From Octopus sinensis (lineage: Eukaryota), in the NCBI RefSeq assembly GCF_006345805.1, contig NC_043003.1, positions 105,214,001 through 105,278,000 of the forward strand: DNA of 64,000 nucleotides. The letters run 5' to 3'. This document shows, one piece after another, positions 63,590-64,000 of the stretch (position 1 is its first letter; every line of letters begins with the position of its first letter). A program made the translations under genes and the position numbers. The notes beneath the pieces were generated by a model. It saw only the letters and a list, made by a program, of their open reading frames with translations. It was not told where the DNA came from and ran no database searches.

Positions 63590-64000
63590 TCTGGCTGTCT
63601 CAAAATCCCTCTTACCTGGATGAGCTGGTCTTTGAAACACTTCTTAGGGGTTCCGATGTCACTTTTGCCCTGGCTGAGCTCACTGTAGAATACAGTCTTT
63701 GACATTCTGAATTTGGTCTCAAGCATTTGACATTGCCTGCCCATCTGAGCAACAGCATGGTTACAATGCTTGGGACCTTGGCTTGCTGGAGGACTTTGTT
63801 GTTTGTGATGTGCTCCCTCCATGAGATGTCCTGGATAGAGTGAAGGCATCTCAGGAAGTGGAGGTGGTCCAACAGCTTGACTTGTTTCCTCTACAGCATC
63901 CAAGCTTCTGGCCCTTAGGGGACAGTAATGATGACAACAGCCTGATAGACTTTGATCCTGGTAGACGGGTTCAGTACACGGTTCTGCCAGACATTGCTTC
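63590..64000 (-). mobile_element. Degraded RTE (BovB-like) LINE 3' ORF fragment
   Basis: SNVWQNRVLNPSTRIKVYQAVVI...EAWML*RKQVKLLDHLHFLRCLHSIQDISWREHITNNKVLQQAKVPS...LRWAG...MSKTVFYSELSQGKSDIGTPKKCFKDQL. Confidence 0.85.

Noticed and set aside
63199-63903. 234-aa ORF, the longest in the track
   Set aside because: It is a chimera of an RTE fragment, a microsatellite and a SINE. RTE motifs are split across frames.

Overview
AT-rich, repeat-dense eukaryotic genomic DNA. The repeat families and microsatellite load suggest an octopus/cephalopod (inference, no database check). One plus-strand protein-coding gene spans most of the window: a RASSF2/4-like Ras-association gene. Six well-supported coding exons lie between 32733 and 62953, a probable first exon is at 4417-4523, and the SARAH-domain end was not found in the window. 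The introns hold three abundant SINE-like families, fragments of RTE, CR1/L2, Tx1-like, HERO-like and R4/Dong-like LINEs, MITEs, and Penelope-like (PLE) pieces. The PLE pieces comprise a GIY-YIG remnant plus pseudo-LTRs that carry a tRNA-like head and a minimal hammerhead ribozyme (HHR). The most unusual structure is a 16-copy tandem array of about 132 bp (49298-51410) nested in the (TAA)n tract of one pseudo-LTR. Each unit folds into a long hairpin capped by a hammerhead-like junction with a non-canonical core. A second, unrelated 113-bp tandem dimer with a degenerate HHR fold lies at about 20310-20540. All translations, alignments and folds were done by eye, and repeat coordinates are approximate.
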